In this document: piece after piece, positions 8,606-17,020 of the stretch
Layout of the letters: each line of letters starts with the position of its first letter
How positions within the stretch are numbered: the stretch's first letter is position 1
Assembly: GCA_965237955.1 (NCBI GenBank)
Contig: OZ250169.1
Span: 2,304,001-2,368,000 of the forward strand
Origin: Candidatus Marinacidobacterales bacterium
GTDB taxonomy: Bacteria; Acidobacteriota; Vicinamibacteria; Marinacidobacterales; SMYC01
Reading direction: 5' to 3'
Length of the DNA: 64,000 nucleotides
Notes under the pieces: model-generated
The model's input: the letters and a program-made list of their open reading frames with translations, nothing else
The model's database searches: none
Told to the model about the DNA's origin: nothing
Made by a program: the position numbers and the translations under genes

Positions 8606-10350
8606 AACCACCGACCTCCGTTTGCTGGTCCCCTGTTACTTTTGCCGCCAGCGCTCTTCATGACTTCGTAAACACGGGTTGCGCCCCGTGCGTCGACGAG
8701 CCGGGCGCCGGCATCACTCATCCGATCGCGCCGATCGCGGTCCTTCACGAGCTCTTCCGCTTTCTTGCGGATCGTCTCTTCGCTCACCTCGGTGCCGAGC
8801 CCGAGGTGAAGGATGGTGCCGTAGCGGGCAAAACCCTCCATCCGCTCCCGCTCGCGCGTGTTCTGACACAAAACGATCCCGGGACGCCCGAGAGCCGCGA
8901 TCTCGAAAACGGTCATGCCGCCCGAGCACAGAACCAGATCGGATTCGAACAGGATGTCGGCCATGTGCTCGACGTTTTTCAGAATCTCCGGCTTCACCGA
9001 AAGTTTCGCCACGAGCGCGTCAAGCTCGGTGCGATATCCATAGGCGGGACCGAGCACGACCGTCACCGAGACATCGGCCAACCCGTCGAGCGCCGAGAGC
9101 GCTTTCATCGTCAAGTTCTGCGGATCGCTGCCACCGAAGCTGAGGACGATCTTGCGCCCTTCTTCGAGTATCGCCGGGGGTATCGTCGGCGTCTCGTTGG
9201 CTTTCTTCTGGAACGAGTCTCTCAAGATCGCGAACGCGGGACCGGCATGATAGTCGTCGAGCTCGACCTCGCCCTCTTGCATCGTGGCGATGATGATCGA
9301 AGCGAGCTCGGAGGGCTTCTCGATGTCATCGAGCGAGTCGACGAGGTTGATGGTGGACGCTCCGAGACCCGCGAGGGCCCGCAAGTAATCGTCCTCCAAG
9401 AACGGTCGGTCATTAATAATGATGTTGGGCGAATAATCTCGGATGACGCCAATGATGACATCGACATCGACATCGGTGTCGGTGTGGACGCCGTGTACGG
9501 GCGCCACACGAATCGTATACCCGGCACGGGCGATGTGCTGCACTCCCTCGGGAAGGTCGGCGCGCATCAAAAAGCAGACGTCCGCGTGGGCGACGACCTT
9601 GGTCAGCTCCTTGGCAACGGCGAGACTCCGGTACACGTGCCCCATCCCCATCTCGCTGCCGCCGTCGACGCAGAAGAGCACCCGCGGCAAGTGCACCAGT
9701 TTTTCCGCGAGCCAGAAATCGTAGATGTCGTGCACGGTGAGAGCGGACATCTTGTCCATGAGGATGTGACCGACTTTCGCACCCAAGCGTTCGCTCGATT
9801 CCAACACGTTCCGTCGGACCGCTCGGATGGCACCGTCCTCGTGGTAGAGCGGCTCGAGCTCATCACGTCGGCCCGGACGCTCGAATAGCGGCTCGAGCTT
9901 GCCTTGGGGACGATGCCACGTGAGCGTCCTCACTTCTTTGAGGGAGATGACGGCATCGAAGTCGTTGTCGGCGAGCTCATCGATCGCGGCATCGATTTGT
10001 TCCGCCCGACGAAACGGTGACGTCGCCTGGAGGGTGACGACGATATCGAATCGCGTGTCGTTTTCCACGGTCTCGACCGCGTGGCGGATGACCTCTCGGA
10101 TCTGGGAGATATTCTGCGCGAGCTCGTCGGGACGTCTCACGACTTCGGCATCGTATTCCCGCGCGACTCGTTCGACCTGGTCATCGTCGGTGGAAACGAT
10201 GAGCCGATCGATGTACTTGCTCTTTTTCGCTTCCTCGAGCGTATGCGCGATCAGAGGGATCGCGCCGAGCTTCTTGATGTTGAGGTAGGGAACCTCGGGG
10301 TCGCCCCCGCGAGCGGGGACGACGGCGATCACTTTGAGCCCGTTCTTCAT
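8602..10350 (-). CDS. Fusion: acylneuraminate cytidylyltransferase (NeuA/PseF-like) + PseG/SpsG-like NDP-sugar hydrolase (GT-B)
   Basis: N-terminal VPARGG..VSTDD..LQATSPFR; C-terminal DGGSEMGMGHVYRS, SFGGSDP, SGGMTVFE. Confidence 0.85.
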   Translation of the reverse strand: MKNGLKVIAVVPARGGDPEVPYLNIKKLGAIPLIAHTLEEAKKSKYIDRLIVSTDDDQVERVAREYDAEVVRRPDELAQNISQIREVIRHAVETVENDTRFDIVVTLQATSPFRRAEQIDAAIDELADNDFDAVISLKEVRTLTWHRPQGKLEPLFERPGRRDELEPLYHEDGAIRAVRRNVLESSERLGAKVGHILMDKMSALTVHDIYDFWLAEKLVHLPRVLFCVDGGSEMGMGHVYRSLAVAKELTKVVAHADVCFLMRADLPEGVQHIARAGYTIRVAPVHGVHTDTDVDVDVIIGVIRDYSPNIIINDRPFLEDDYLRALAGLGASTINLVDSLDDIEKPSELASIIIATMQEGEVELDDYHAGPAFAILRDSFQKKANETPTIPPAILEEGRKIVLSFGGSDPQNLTMKALSALDGLADVSVTVVLGPAYGYRTELDALVAKLSVKPEILKNVEHMADILFESDLVLCSGGMTVFEIAALGRPGIVLCQNTRERERMEGFARYGTILHLGLGTEVSEETIRKKAEELVKDRDRRDRMSDAGARLVDARGATRVYEVMKSAGGKSNRGPANGGRWL

Positions 10351-10357
10351 AAACGGC

Positions 10358-11407
10358 TCAGATCATGCTCCACTCGAGCACGGTATCTTCCGGAATATCG
10401 CTCTTCACGATTCTACCGACGACGTCGTCGACGAACTTCGGATAGATACCGGTGCCGGGGCGTTTGAACGTCAGCATGTCGCGCGTGATGGTTGCTCCCG
10501 CTGGAATGTCCTGGTTGGTCACGATACTGCGGCGAGCGTAACGGTAGGCCTCGGATTCCGCTTCTACCGGTCCTTTCTCATAGCGCCCCATCGCCTTCTC
10601 GATCGTGCGAATACCGTCCATCATCCGTTTCAAGTCGTGATGGTCCACGGAAAGGTGGTGGTCCGGACTTCCCGGTAGCGTCTTGTCGACGGTGTAGTGC
10701 TTCTCGACGGCGACGGCCCCGAGAGCAACCGCGGCCTGGGGCACCGCGATCCCCAAAGTGTGGTCCGACAAGCCCACGGGAATCTCCGGAAACGCTGCTT
10801 TCATATGGAGCATCATCCTCAAGTTCGCGTTCTCCGCATTGCACGGATACTGGAGCGTGCAGTGCAAGAGAATGATCTGGTCGTTGCCCTGTTCGCGAAC
10901 CACGGCCACGGCATCGCCGATTTCTGGAATGGTCGCGAGTCCCGTCGACAAAATGACCGGCTTGCCTTTCGCCGCTACCTTTTTCAGCAGAGGGTGGTCG
11001 GTCAGATCGGCGGACGCGATCTTGAAGCCCGGAACCCCGAGCTCGTCCAGCATGTCGACGGCTTCATCATCGAACGGCGCCGAAAAACACAAGAGCTTGC
11101 ACTCTCTGGCATAGCGAAACAGAGCTTCGTGCTCGACCGGACCGAAGCTATCGAGCTTCGCGAACGTGTCGTATTGGCTTCCGTCCGGATCGTCCTGCTC
11201 GACCCAGTATCGCGGGGCGGTTTTGGTCGAGATCTTGCCGGCCTTGTAGCTTTGGAACTTGATCGCATCGGCACCGGCGCCTTTGGCCTCTTGGATGAGC
11301 GAGCGTCCGAGCGCGAGGTCGCCGTTATGGTTCACGCCTGCCTCGGCAATGACGAAGGCAGGGTGGCCCTCGCCAATGAGCCGTCCACCGAAATCAATCT
11401 CGAGCAT
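10358..11407 (-). CDS. N-acetylneuraminate synthase family (NeuB/PseI/SpsE) with SAF domain, canonical
   Basis: IAEAGVNHNG, IKFQ, FKIAS, HCTLQYP, GLSDH, VEKH, C-terminal RRS...KRPGTG. Confidence 0.92.
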   Translation of the reverse strand: MLEIDFGGRLIGEGHPAFVIAEAGVNHNGDLALGRSLIQEAKGAGADAIKFQSYKAGKISTKTAPRYWVEQDDPDGSQYDTFAKLDSFGPVEHEALFRYARECKLLCFSAPFDDEAVDMLDELGVPGFKIASADLTDHPLLKKVAAKGKPVILSTGLATIPEIGDAVAVVREQGNDQIILLHCTLQYPCNAENANLRMMLHMKAAFPEIPVGLSDHTLGIAVPQAAVALGAVAVEKHYTVDKTLPGSPDHHLSVDHHDLKRMMDGIRTIEKAMGRYEKGPVEAESEAYRYARRSIVTNQDIPAGATITRDMLTFKRPGTGIYPKFVDDVVGRIVKSDIPEDTVLEWSMI

Positions 11408-12182
11408 TATCCAAAGCTACCGATCGGAAGTTAGCAGCGCTTGTTCTGATGTCCGTGTTGATCTCCGCGAGCTCCGGCTCTTCGTCCAGGAGCCCGATCG
11501 CGTCGATCGTCTGTAGCACTGTACCCGAACGATACAGTTTATCGAAGATGCGCTCCATGAGCACGAGATCTTCCGGCTCGTCGACCGTCAAACGGTACTC
11601 GGGCCGGTAGATCTTTTCGGGAAGCTCGGCGCGGACGACGCGGAACGCGTCCGGATGCTCCTTGATATAGAGCGTGACCAGCTCCGAGCGGTGCCGGTCG
11701 TCGCCGTCCCGGTGACTTTTTTCGAGGGCCCGCCGCGAGATCACCTCGGAAAGGATGCCCATGAGCAGGGCGTCTCCCGGGACGTAGGTGTAATCGGCGT
11801 CGGCATCGAGGTGGGTTGCCACCAGGGTTTCGATGAGCGGCAGGTCGGTCAACGGATTGTCGGCGGTGACACGGACGACTTGGTCGACGCCGAAGGTTTT
11901 GACAAGTGCCACGTGCCGTCCCAGGACATCGTTCTCGTCGCCACGGAAAGCCCGGATGCCGAGCGCCTCGGCGACTTCGACGAGGACGTCGTTCTCTGCC
12001 GCCACCGACGTCGCGAGCACGATCGGAGAGGTGCCCCCGAGCGAGCTCAACCGCTCGAGGAGATGCGTCAGGAGTGGTTTCCCCGTCAACGGCGCCATCG
12101 CTTTACCGGGACAACGCTCCGAGCGCATGCGCGCCGACACCGCGATGAGGACGTTGCCTTCCTCCCAGCGAACGCTACTCAA
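11394..12182 (-). CDS. SpsF-like cytidylyltransferase
   Basis: ARMRSERCPGK, RGDENDVLGR, RVTADNPL, RLTVDEPED. Confidence 0.85.
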   Translation of the reverse strand: MSSVRWEEGNVLIAVSARMRSERCPGKAMAPLTGKPLLTHLLERLSSLGGTSPIVLATSVAAENDVLVEVAEALGIRAFRGDENDVLGRHVALVKTFGVDQVVRVTADNPLTDLPLIETLVATHLDADADYTYVPGDALLMGILSEVISRRALEKSHRDGDDRHRSELVTLYIKEHPDAFRVVRAELPEKIYRPEYRLTVDEPEDLVLMERIFDKLYRSGTVLQTIDAIGLLDEEPELAEINTDIRTSAANFRSVALDNARD

Positions 12183-13188
12183 AAAGGTCCTCCGTCAGAG
12201 GCGACCACGCCGGGATATCGTGCCGCGGCTTCCTGCCGACGAGACGCGGGGCTTCATAGGGCGCGAATCCGGTCTCGTTCCTCAGAAACGCTAGCTGATC
12301 TTTCTCCACCGGCTCGCCGGCGCGAAGCTCCGAGGCGCTCAGCACCGCTCGGCGCATCACTCGGTGGTACCGCTCAGCGCTCGCCCCTTGCGTCAAGGCG
12401 GGATCTCCGAACGCTGCTTCCGCTTCGCGAATGAGCTCTACCATGGTTCGGAAACGATCTTTTTCGAGCGCGGATTCGTAGTCGAAGCCTTTCGCGCTGC
12501 GATCGAGGGTGACGTGCTTCTCCACGAGATCCGCTCCGAACGCTACCGCGAGCGCCGGCAAAACGAGCGCGGTCGTGGTGCCGCCGTCGACGTGATCGAG
12601 AAAGCCGACGGGAAGACCGAATGTCTGTTTCAACGTTCCGATGAAGCGCAGGTGTGAGTCCGCCGCGCGCGTCGGAAAATTCTGCACGCCGTGCAGGAGC
12701 ATCACACTCTCGTTTCCTTCCGTTCTCGCAACCGCGATGGCCGATTCGACCGCACCGAGTCCGGAGCCCCCGGTGGACAACAGGAGCGGTTTCCCCGTCG
12801 CGGCCACCTCGCGGATGAACTCCGGGTTCTCCATGTCGGTCGAATGGATCTTGTACGCTGCGATACCGACCCGCTCGCCGAGCGCGAGGCTTACGCGATC
12901 GAAAACGTCGGCGAAAATCGCAATCCGGAGCGCACTCGCTTGATTCAGCACGTTCTCCCAATCCTCGACGGAGAACTCGATCTGGTCGAACGTCGAGCGG
13001 TGCGGATCGTTCGGCGCCACGAGGGCGCCGGCGCGGAAGAGCTGAAACTTGACGCCGTCCGCGCCCGCATCTTTGGTACTCGTCGCGAGAGCAAGCGCTT
13101 GCACCGCTTCGCCCTGATGGGCGGACGCGACTTCGGCGAGAGCAAACGCGGGGGCACCGTCGCCAACGAGACGGTCGCCAATCTTCAT
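12175..13188 (-). CDS. Second NeuB-family synthase, divergent active-site motifs
   Basis: AEVASAHQG, VKFQ, YKIHS, HGVQNFP, FLDH, VEKH; SAF-like C-terminus. Confidence 0.85.
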   Translation of the reverse strand: MKIGDRLVGDGAPAFALAEVASAHQGEAVQALALATSTKDAGADGVKFQLFRAGALVAPNDPHRSTFDQIEFSVEDWENVLNQASALRIAIFADVFDRVSLALGERVGIAAYKIHSTDMENPEFIREVAATGKPLLLSTGGSGLGAVESAIAVARTEGNESVMLLHGVQNFPTRAADSHLRFIGTLKQTFGLPVGFLDHVDGGTTTALVLPALAVAFGADLVEKHVTLDRSAKGFDYESALEKDRFRTMVELIREAEAAFGDPALTQGASAERYHRVMRRAVLSASELRAGEPVEKDQLAFLRNETGFAPYEAPRLVGRKPRHDIPAWSPLTEDLFE

Positions 13189-13895
13189 CGTCCACCTACT
13201 TTCTTGCTCATGAAGAATCGCACCATGTCGAGCTCGAGCGAGTCATCGCTGTGAAGTGATTTGAGCCCGCCGAGAACGATGGCGCGTACGTCCTTGCCGA
13301 GCCCGAAATCCTTGCCGCTCCAGTTCTCGAGAAGCTCGCGACGACGGAGAAACATACCGCCGTCGAGAATGTAAGCCGGCGGTAGATCCTGTCGTTGTAG
13401 ATACGAGTCGTTACTCGCGTCGTTGAAAGGAAGAATCCGATCGCCTTCGAGCCGCTTCACCCAGTACGGGTGCCCGTGCTCGATTCGCTCGACCGAGCAC
13501 ACACAGTCACCCCCGCTGGTTTCGAGCGTCTCGATCGCACGATCGATGTCCTCACCTTCGAGAAACGGCGCCGTCGCTTGGAGCGACAATACGGCGTCCG
13601 CGCGGAAGCCGAGGCGATCCATCGCTTCCATCGCGTGGCGCGCCACCGGGACGATTGAAACCTCGTCTCTCGCGAGCTCGTGCGGACGCCGGAACGGCAC
13701 TTCGGCGCCGAGCTCCTTGGCAACTTGAGCGATCTCTTCGTCTTCGGTCGACACCAAGAAGCGCTCGAGCCGCTTCGCCGAGCGAGCGGCATCGACGACG
13801 TAGGCAAGGAGCGGGCGGCCTTCGACCGGTGCGAGGTTTTTGCGCGGCACCGACTTCGAGCCGCCGCGAGCGGGAATGACGCCTAAGACTTGCAT
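13185..13895 (-). CDS. Acylneuraminate cytidylyltransferase (NeuA family)
   Basis: IPARGGSKSVPRKN, VSTED, RRP.ELA, LQATAPF, RQDLP. Confidence 0.92.
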   Translation of the reverse strand: MQVLGVIPARGGSKSVPRKNLAPVEGRPLLAYVVDAARSAKRLERFLVSTEDEEIAQVAKELGAEVPFRRPHELARDEVSIVPVARHAMEAMDRLGFRADAVLSLQATAPFLEGEDIDRAIETLETSGGDCVCSVERIEHGHPYWVKRLEGDRILPFNDASNDSYLQRQDLPPAYILDGGMFLRRRELLENWSGKDFGLGKDVRAIVLGGLKSLHSDDSLELDMVRFFMSKKVGGR

Positions 13896-15802
13896 GTTTG
13901 CCTTGTTTTAAAGACCGCCTCAACAATCCGCTCGGTCGAGCGGCCATCGGCACCGAAAGCGAACTCTTGTATGTACTCCTTCCGCGTCCTCTCGAGCTCT
14001 CGAGCGACTCCCTCGTCGAAGAGGAGCTTTCGAATCGCCGCTTCGATCGGCTCCCCGCGGGAAACGCCGAGGGCGACGCCACGCTCCACCAGCGCGTCCA
14101 GATTGCTGGGCAAGTTCACCACGAGGACCGAGCGACCCAGAACGAGAGCTTCCGAGGACGCAAACGAGTCTACCGTCACCAAACCGTCCGAGGCAAAAAG
14201 GAGCTCGAGGAGGTTCATCGACGCCGATAGAACACGGCTTTTCACCGGATGGAGCTCGTCGAGGACTTCGTCGTACGGCTTCCTCGACTCTGCCTGGTGC
14301 GGTTTGACGAACAACCATAGGTCCTCAGAACTATTGACGCGCTCCACGGCTTCCACGAGCTCGCGGAAGACGGGCGAAACCGCCGTCCACCGGCTTGCCA
14401 GCACGAGAAGCCGCGCCCCTTCGGGGACTCCGAGGTCCTTTTTCGTCGCACTCGCGTCGAATCCTTGTGCCGCCTGCACCAGATCGTCGAACTTCGGACT
14501 GCCGGTGATCACGATGCGATCCGGGTCGTAGCTTCCCCGGCGGACGAGGAGATCTTTGGCGACGCTCCCAAATACCGCCGTCTTCGTTGGAAGCGGAACC
14601 CCGTCGACGCCGACCTCGAAGCTCGCGTGCTCGTGCGAGTAGTACTGCTCGTACATGATGCCGTGCTGCACCGCGAACGACGGGATTCCGTGAACGCGAG
14701 CCGCGGTGACTGCGGCGCGACCGAGCCCGCTCGACTCGGCGTAGAGGACGACGATGTCGGGTCGATCGGTCGCGAGCACCGCCTCCACTTCTTGGTATGA
14801 GCGAATCGCCCACGGCAGCTGGCGGTAGAACGTATCGCGGAAGCAAGCGAGCGCCTCCGCTCCCAACGCGACGTCCCGGTGTGAGAGCTCGAAACGCGCG
14901 CGGAACTCTTCCCACATACGCCGGCACGCGGAGAACGCGCGTACGAGCGAGAGACTCATCGGTAGCGTGAAGTAGCGGCGGATCGGTCGATACGGGCGAT
15001 CGTCCTCACCGATTTCCAGTAGATCGCGAAGCCAGGAGCCAGGACCGCGTTTTCTGAATGGAACCGGCGGGCCGAACGCGACGACGGTGGTGCTCACCTT
15101 TTCCTCGACCGCCGGGAGAATGCGGTCGAAGTACATCTCGCGATCGCCGCGCCACATGGAGCCGTGGGTCAAGAAAAACACCTGCGCTCGCTCCTGCGAC
15201 CGCCGACGGCGGAGGAGGGACTTCAATCCCGTCCCCATCAACTTGAGAAGGTCGGCCGCGTGAAGCCGCGTCGTCCGGAACCAAAAAGGCGGCCCTTCGA
15301 CGGTATCGCCGATCACATCGACTTCGCGAACGAGCTTCTTGGCCGCGGCTTCCAAGGCACGGACCGGCCGCACCACCACGAGCCGGCCAGGCCTCAGCAA
15401 CGTGACGAGACGCGCGGCCGCCTCGACATCGCGCACCACGAGGCGCAGCGGTGTCTCGTGGTAGAGGTAGAGCTCGGCCCACCACCACAACACCAGGGGT
15501 CCATAGCGAAACCGGTCGCGAAACCGGTCGCGACCGAACTCCTTGAACCACCGAATAACGGCATCATCAACATCGAAGTCCTGTTCGGCGCCGAGCCTTT
15601 CCGCGATGGTGTCGCTTCCGATTCCGGCGCCTTCGAGGGCGCTCTTGACGGCGGGACTCGGGAAGCGGTCTTGGACAATGGAGCTGTGCTGCCACGCTAT
15701 GATCGTGGCACCCGTTTCTTCGAAGTCACGGACACGGCGGATCTCGTCGGGCGTCAGACGCGCATCGCCGACGAGCACCATCGTGTCGCTATCAGTGCTC
15801 AA
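13883..15802 (-). CDS. GT-B-like surface-carbohydrate protein (CDP-glycerol glycerophosphotransferase/capsule-synthesis-like); candidate ulosonate transferase
   Basis: VQHG, TGSPKFD, VKPH and SDGLVTVDS...EALVLG motifs; first gene of the NeuAB operon. Start is TTG 15802 or ATG 15781. Confidence 0.6.
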   Translation of the reverse strand: MSTDSDTMVLVGDARLTPDEIRRVRDFEETGATIIAWQHSSIVQDRFPSPAVKSALEGAGIGSDTIAERLGAEQDFDVDDAVIRWFKEFGRDRFRDRFRYGPLVLWWWAELYLYHETPLRLVVRDVEAAARLVTLLRPGRLVVVRPVRALEAAAKKLVREVDVIGDTVEGPPFWFRTTRLHAADLLKLMGTGLKSLLRRRRSQERAQVFFLTHGSMWRGDREMYFDRILPAVEEKVSTTVVAFGPPVPFRKRGPGSWLRDLLEIGEDDRPYRPIRRYFTLPMSLSLVRAFSACRRMWEEFRARFELSHRDVALGAEALACFRDTFYRQLPWAIRSYQEVEAVLATDRPDIVVLYAESSGLGRAAVTAARVHGIPSFAVQHGIMYEQYYSHEHASFEVGVDGVPLPTKTAVFGSVAKDLLVRRGSYDPDRIVITGSPKFDDLVQAAQGFDASATKKDLGVPEGARLLVLASRWTAVSPVFRELVEAVERVNSSEDLWLFVKPHQAESRKPYDEVLDELHPVKSRVLSASMNLLELLFASDGLVTVDSFASSEALVLGRSVLVVNLPSNLDALVERGVALGVSRGEPIEAAIRKLLFDEGVARELERTRKEYIQEFAFGADGRSTERIVEAVFKTRQTCKS

Positions 15803-15809
15803 GCAAAGA

Positions 15810-15819
15810 ATTATACAAT
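15810..15819. promoter_or_regulatory. Overlapping divergent -10 elements (TATAAT minus, TACAAT plus)
   Basis: ATTATACAAT lies in the 26-bp gap between divergent starts at 15802 and 15829. Confidence 0.55.
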
Positions 15820-15828
15820 CCCGGAACC

Positions 15829-16731
15829 ATGTATCGCCGTGAGTTCCTGTCACTGGTGGCAGCCGCCTGGCTGGCAAGAACGCAAACGAAGCCCCTCTAT
15901 TCGATCTCCCTCGCCGAGTGGTCGTTCCATCGAGCCCTCAGAGCCGGCGAAATGGAGCACCTCGACTTCGCCGCCGTCGCCAAGCGGGACTACGGCCTCG
16001 GCGGCATCGAGTACGTCAACACATTCTTCTTCGACCAAGCGCGCGAGCAGAGCTACCTGGGCGAGATGAAATCGCGCGCCGACGGCGAGGGCGTCCAAAG
16101 CCTCCTCATCATGTGCGACAATGAAGGCGAACTCGGCGACGGGGACGAGACGGCACGTGCCACCGCGGTCTCCAATCACCACAAGTGGGTGGAGGCGGCG
16201 AGGAATCTCGGCTGCCATTCGATACGCGTGAACGCGCGCAGCAACCCGGTGCTCGACGCCCAGGAGCAGCAGAAGCTGGCCGCGGACGGTTTGAGACGCT
16301 TGTGTGAGTTCGCCGATCCTTACGGCATCGACGTCATCGTCGAGAACCACGGCGGTTTGTCTTCGAACGGCGCCTGGCTAAAGGCGGTGATGGAGAGGGT
16401 GGATCACCCCCGGGTGGGAACCCTGCCCGACTTCGGAAACTTCAAAATCCGGGGCGATCCCGATCACGAGGAGTGGTACGACCGCTACCAAGGCGTCCGG
16501 GAGCTCATGCCCTACGCCAAAGCGGTGAGCGCCAAATCCCACGATTTCGACGCCTCCGGGAACGAGACCGAAACCGACTACGACCGGATGCTCGGGATCG
16601 TTCTCGACGCCGGCTACCGCGGCTATGTAGGCATCGAGTACGAAGGTGAGCGACTCAGCGAGCAGGAGGGGGTGCGCAAAACCCGCGATTTACTCGTTCG
16701 CGTTCGAGAGGATTTGACGGCGGCGTATTAG
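15829..16731 (+). CDS. Sugar phosphate isomerase/epimerase (xylose-isomerase-like TIM barrel) with Tat-like signal
   Basis: MYRREFL twin-arginine motif; ENHGG, PDFGNF, AKSH and GIEYEG motifs. Confidence 0.85.
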   Translation: MYRREFLSLVAAAWLARTQTKPLYSISLAEWSFHRALRAGEMEHLDFAAVAKRDYGLGGIEYVNTFFFDQAREQSYLGEMKSRADGEGVQSLLIMCDNEGELGDGDETARATAVSNHHKWVEAARNLGCHSIRVNARSNPVLDAQEQQKLAADGLRRLCEFADPYGIDVIVENHGGLSSNGAWLKAVMERVDHPRVGTLPDFGNFKIRGDPDHEEWYDRYQGVRELMPYAKAVSAKSHDFDASGNETETDYDRMLGIVLDAGYRGYVGIEYEGERLSEQEGVRKTRDLLVRVREDLTAAY

Positions 16732-16741
16732 CCCTTTCCCA

Positions 16742-16812
16742 GCAATAACTTAACACTTATTCCAGCCCTGTTCCATTTCGGGACATTTAAGTTATTGCGT
16801 AGTCAAGACTTA
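16742..16812. repeat. Perfect 12-bp inverted repeat plus overlapping imperfect palindrome
   Basis: GCAATAACTTAA (16742-16753) and TTAAGTTATTGC (16787-16798); TAAGT...ACTTA (16788-16812). Confidence 0.75.
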
Positions 16813-16820
16813 TACGCCGG

Positions 16821-16978
16821 CGTCCATGAAGACAAAAAGGCCACCGCCGGGGTTGGGGCCCGGCTCCATTGGACTTCCTCAGGGGCAATAAGAGGAGGGT
16901 GGCACCTGGAAGATTACCAGCACTCGGGCCCGGAGGCAACTGCGCCCCGGCAGCGTCAACGCGGGTTTTGTTTCGACG
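16821..16978. ncRNA. Putative structured RNA of unknown class
   Basis: Nested complementary segments (ACAAAA/TTTTGT, GCCGGGG/CCCCGGC, GGGCCCG/CGGGCCC, CTTCCTC/GAGGAGG, CTGG/CCAG); no credible CDS here. Confidence 0.45.
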
Positions 16979-17020
16979 TTAGCGCGCTCGGATCATCGCC
17001 GCACCTTGTAAGATTGCTTC

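Noticed and set aside
16871-16882. Minus-strand GAGGAAGTCC resembling the RNase P RNA signature or hammerhead CUGAnGA
   Set aside because: The region is far too short for RNase P RNA, the signature lacks one A, and no 3' conserved motif or hammerhead GAAA is present.
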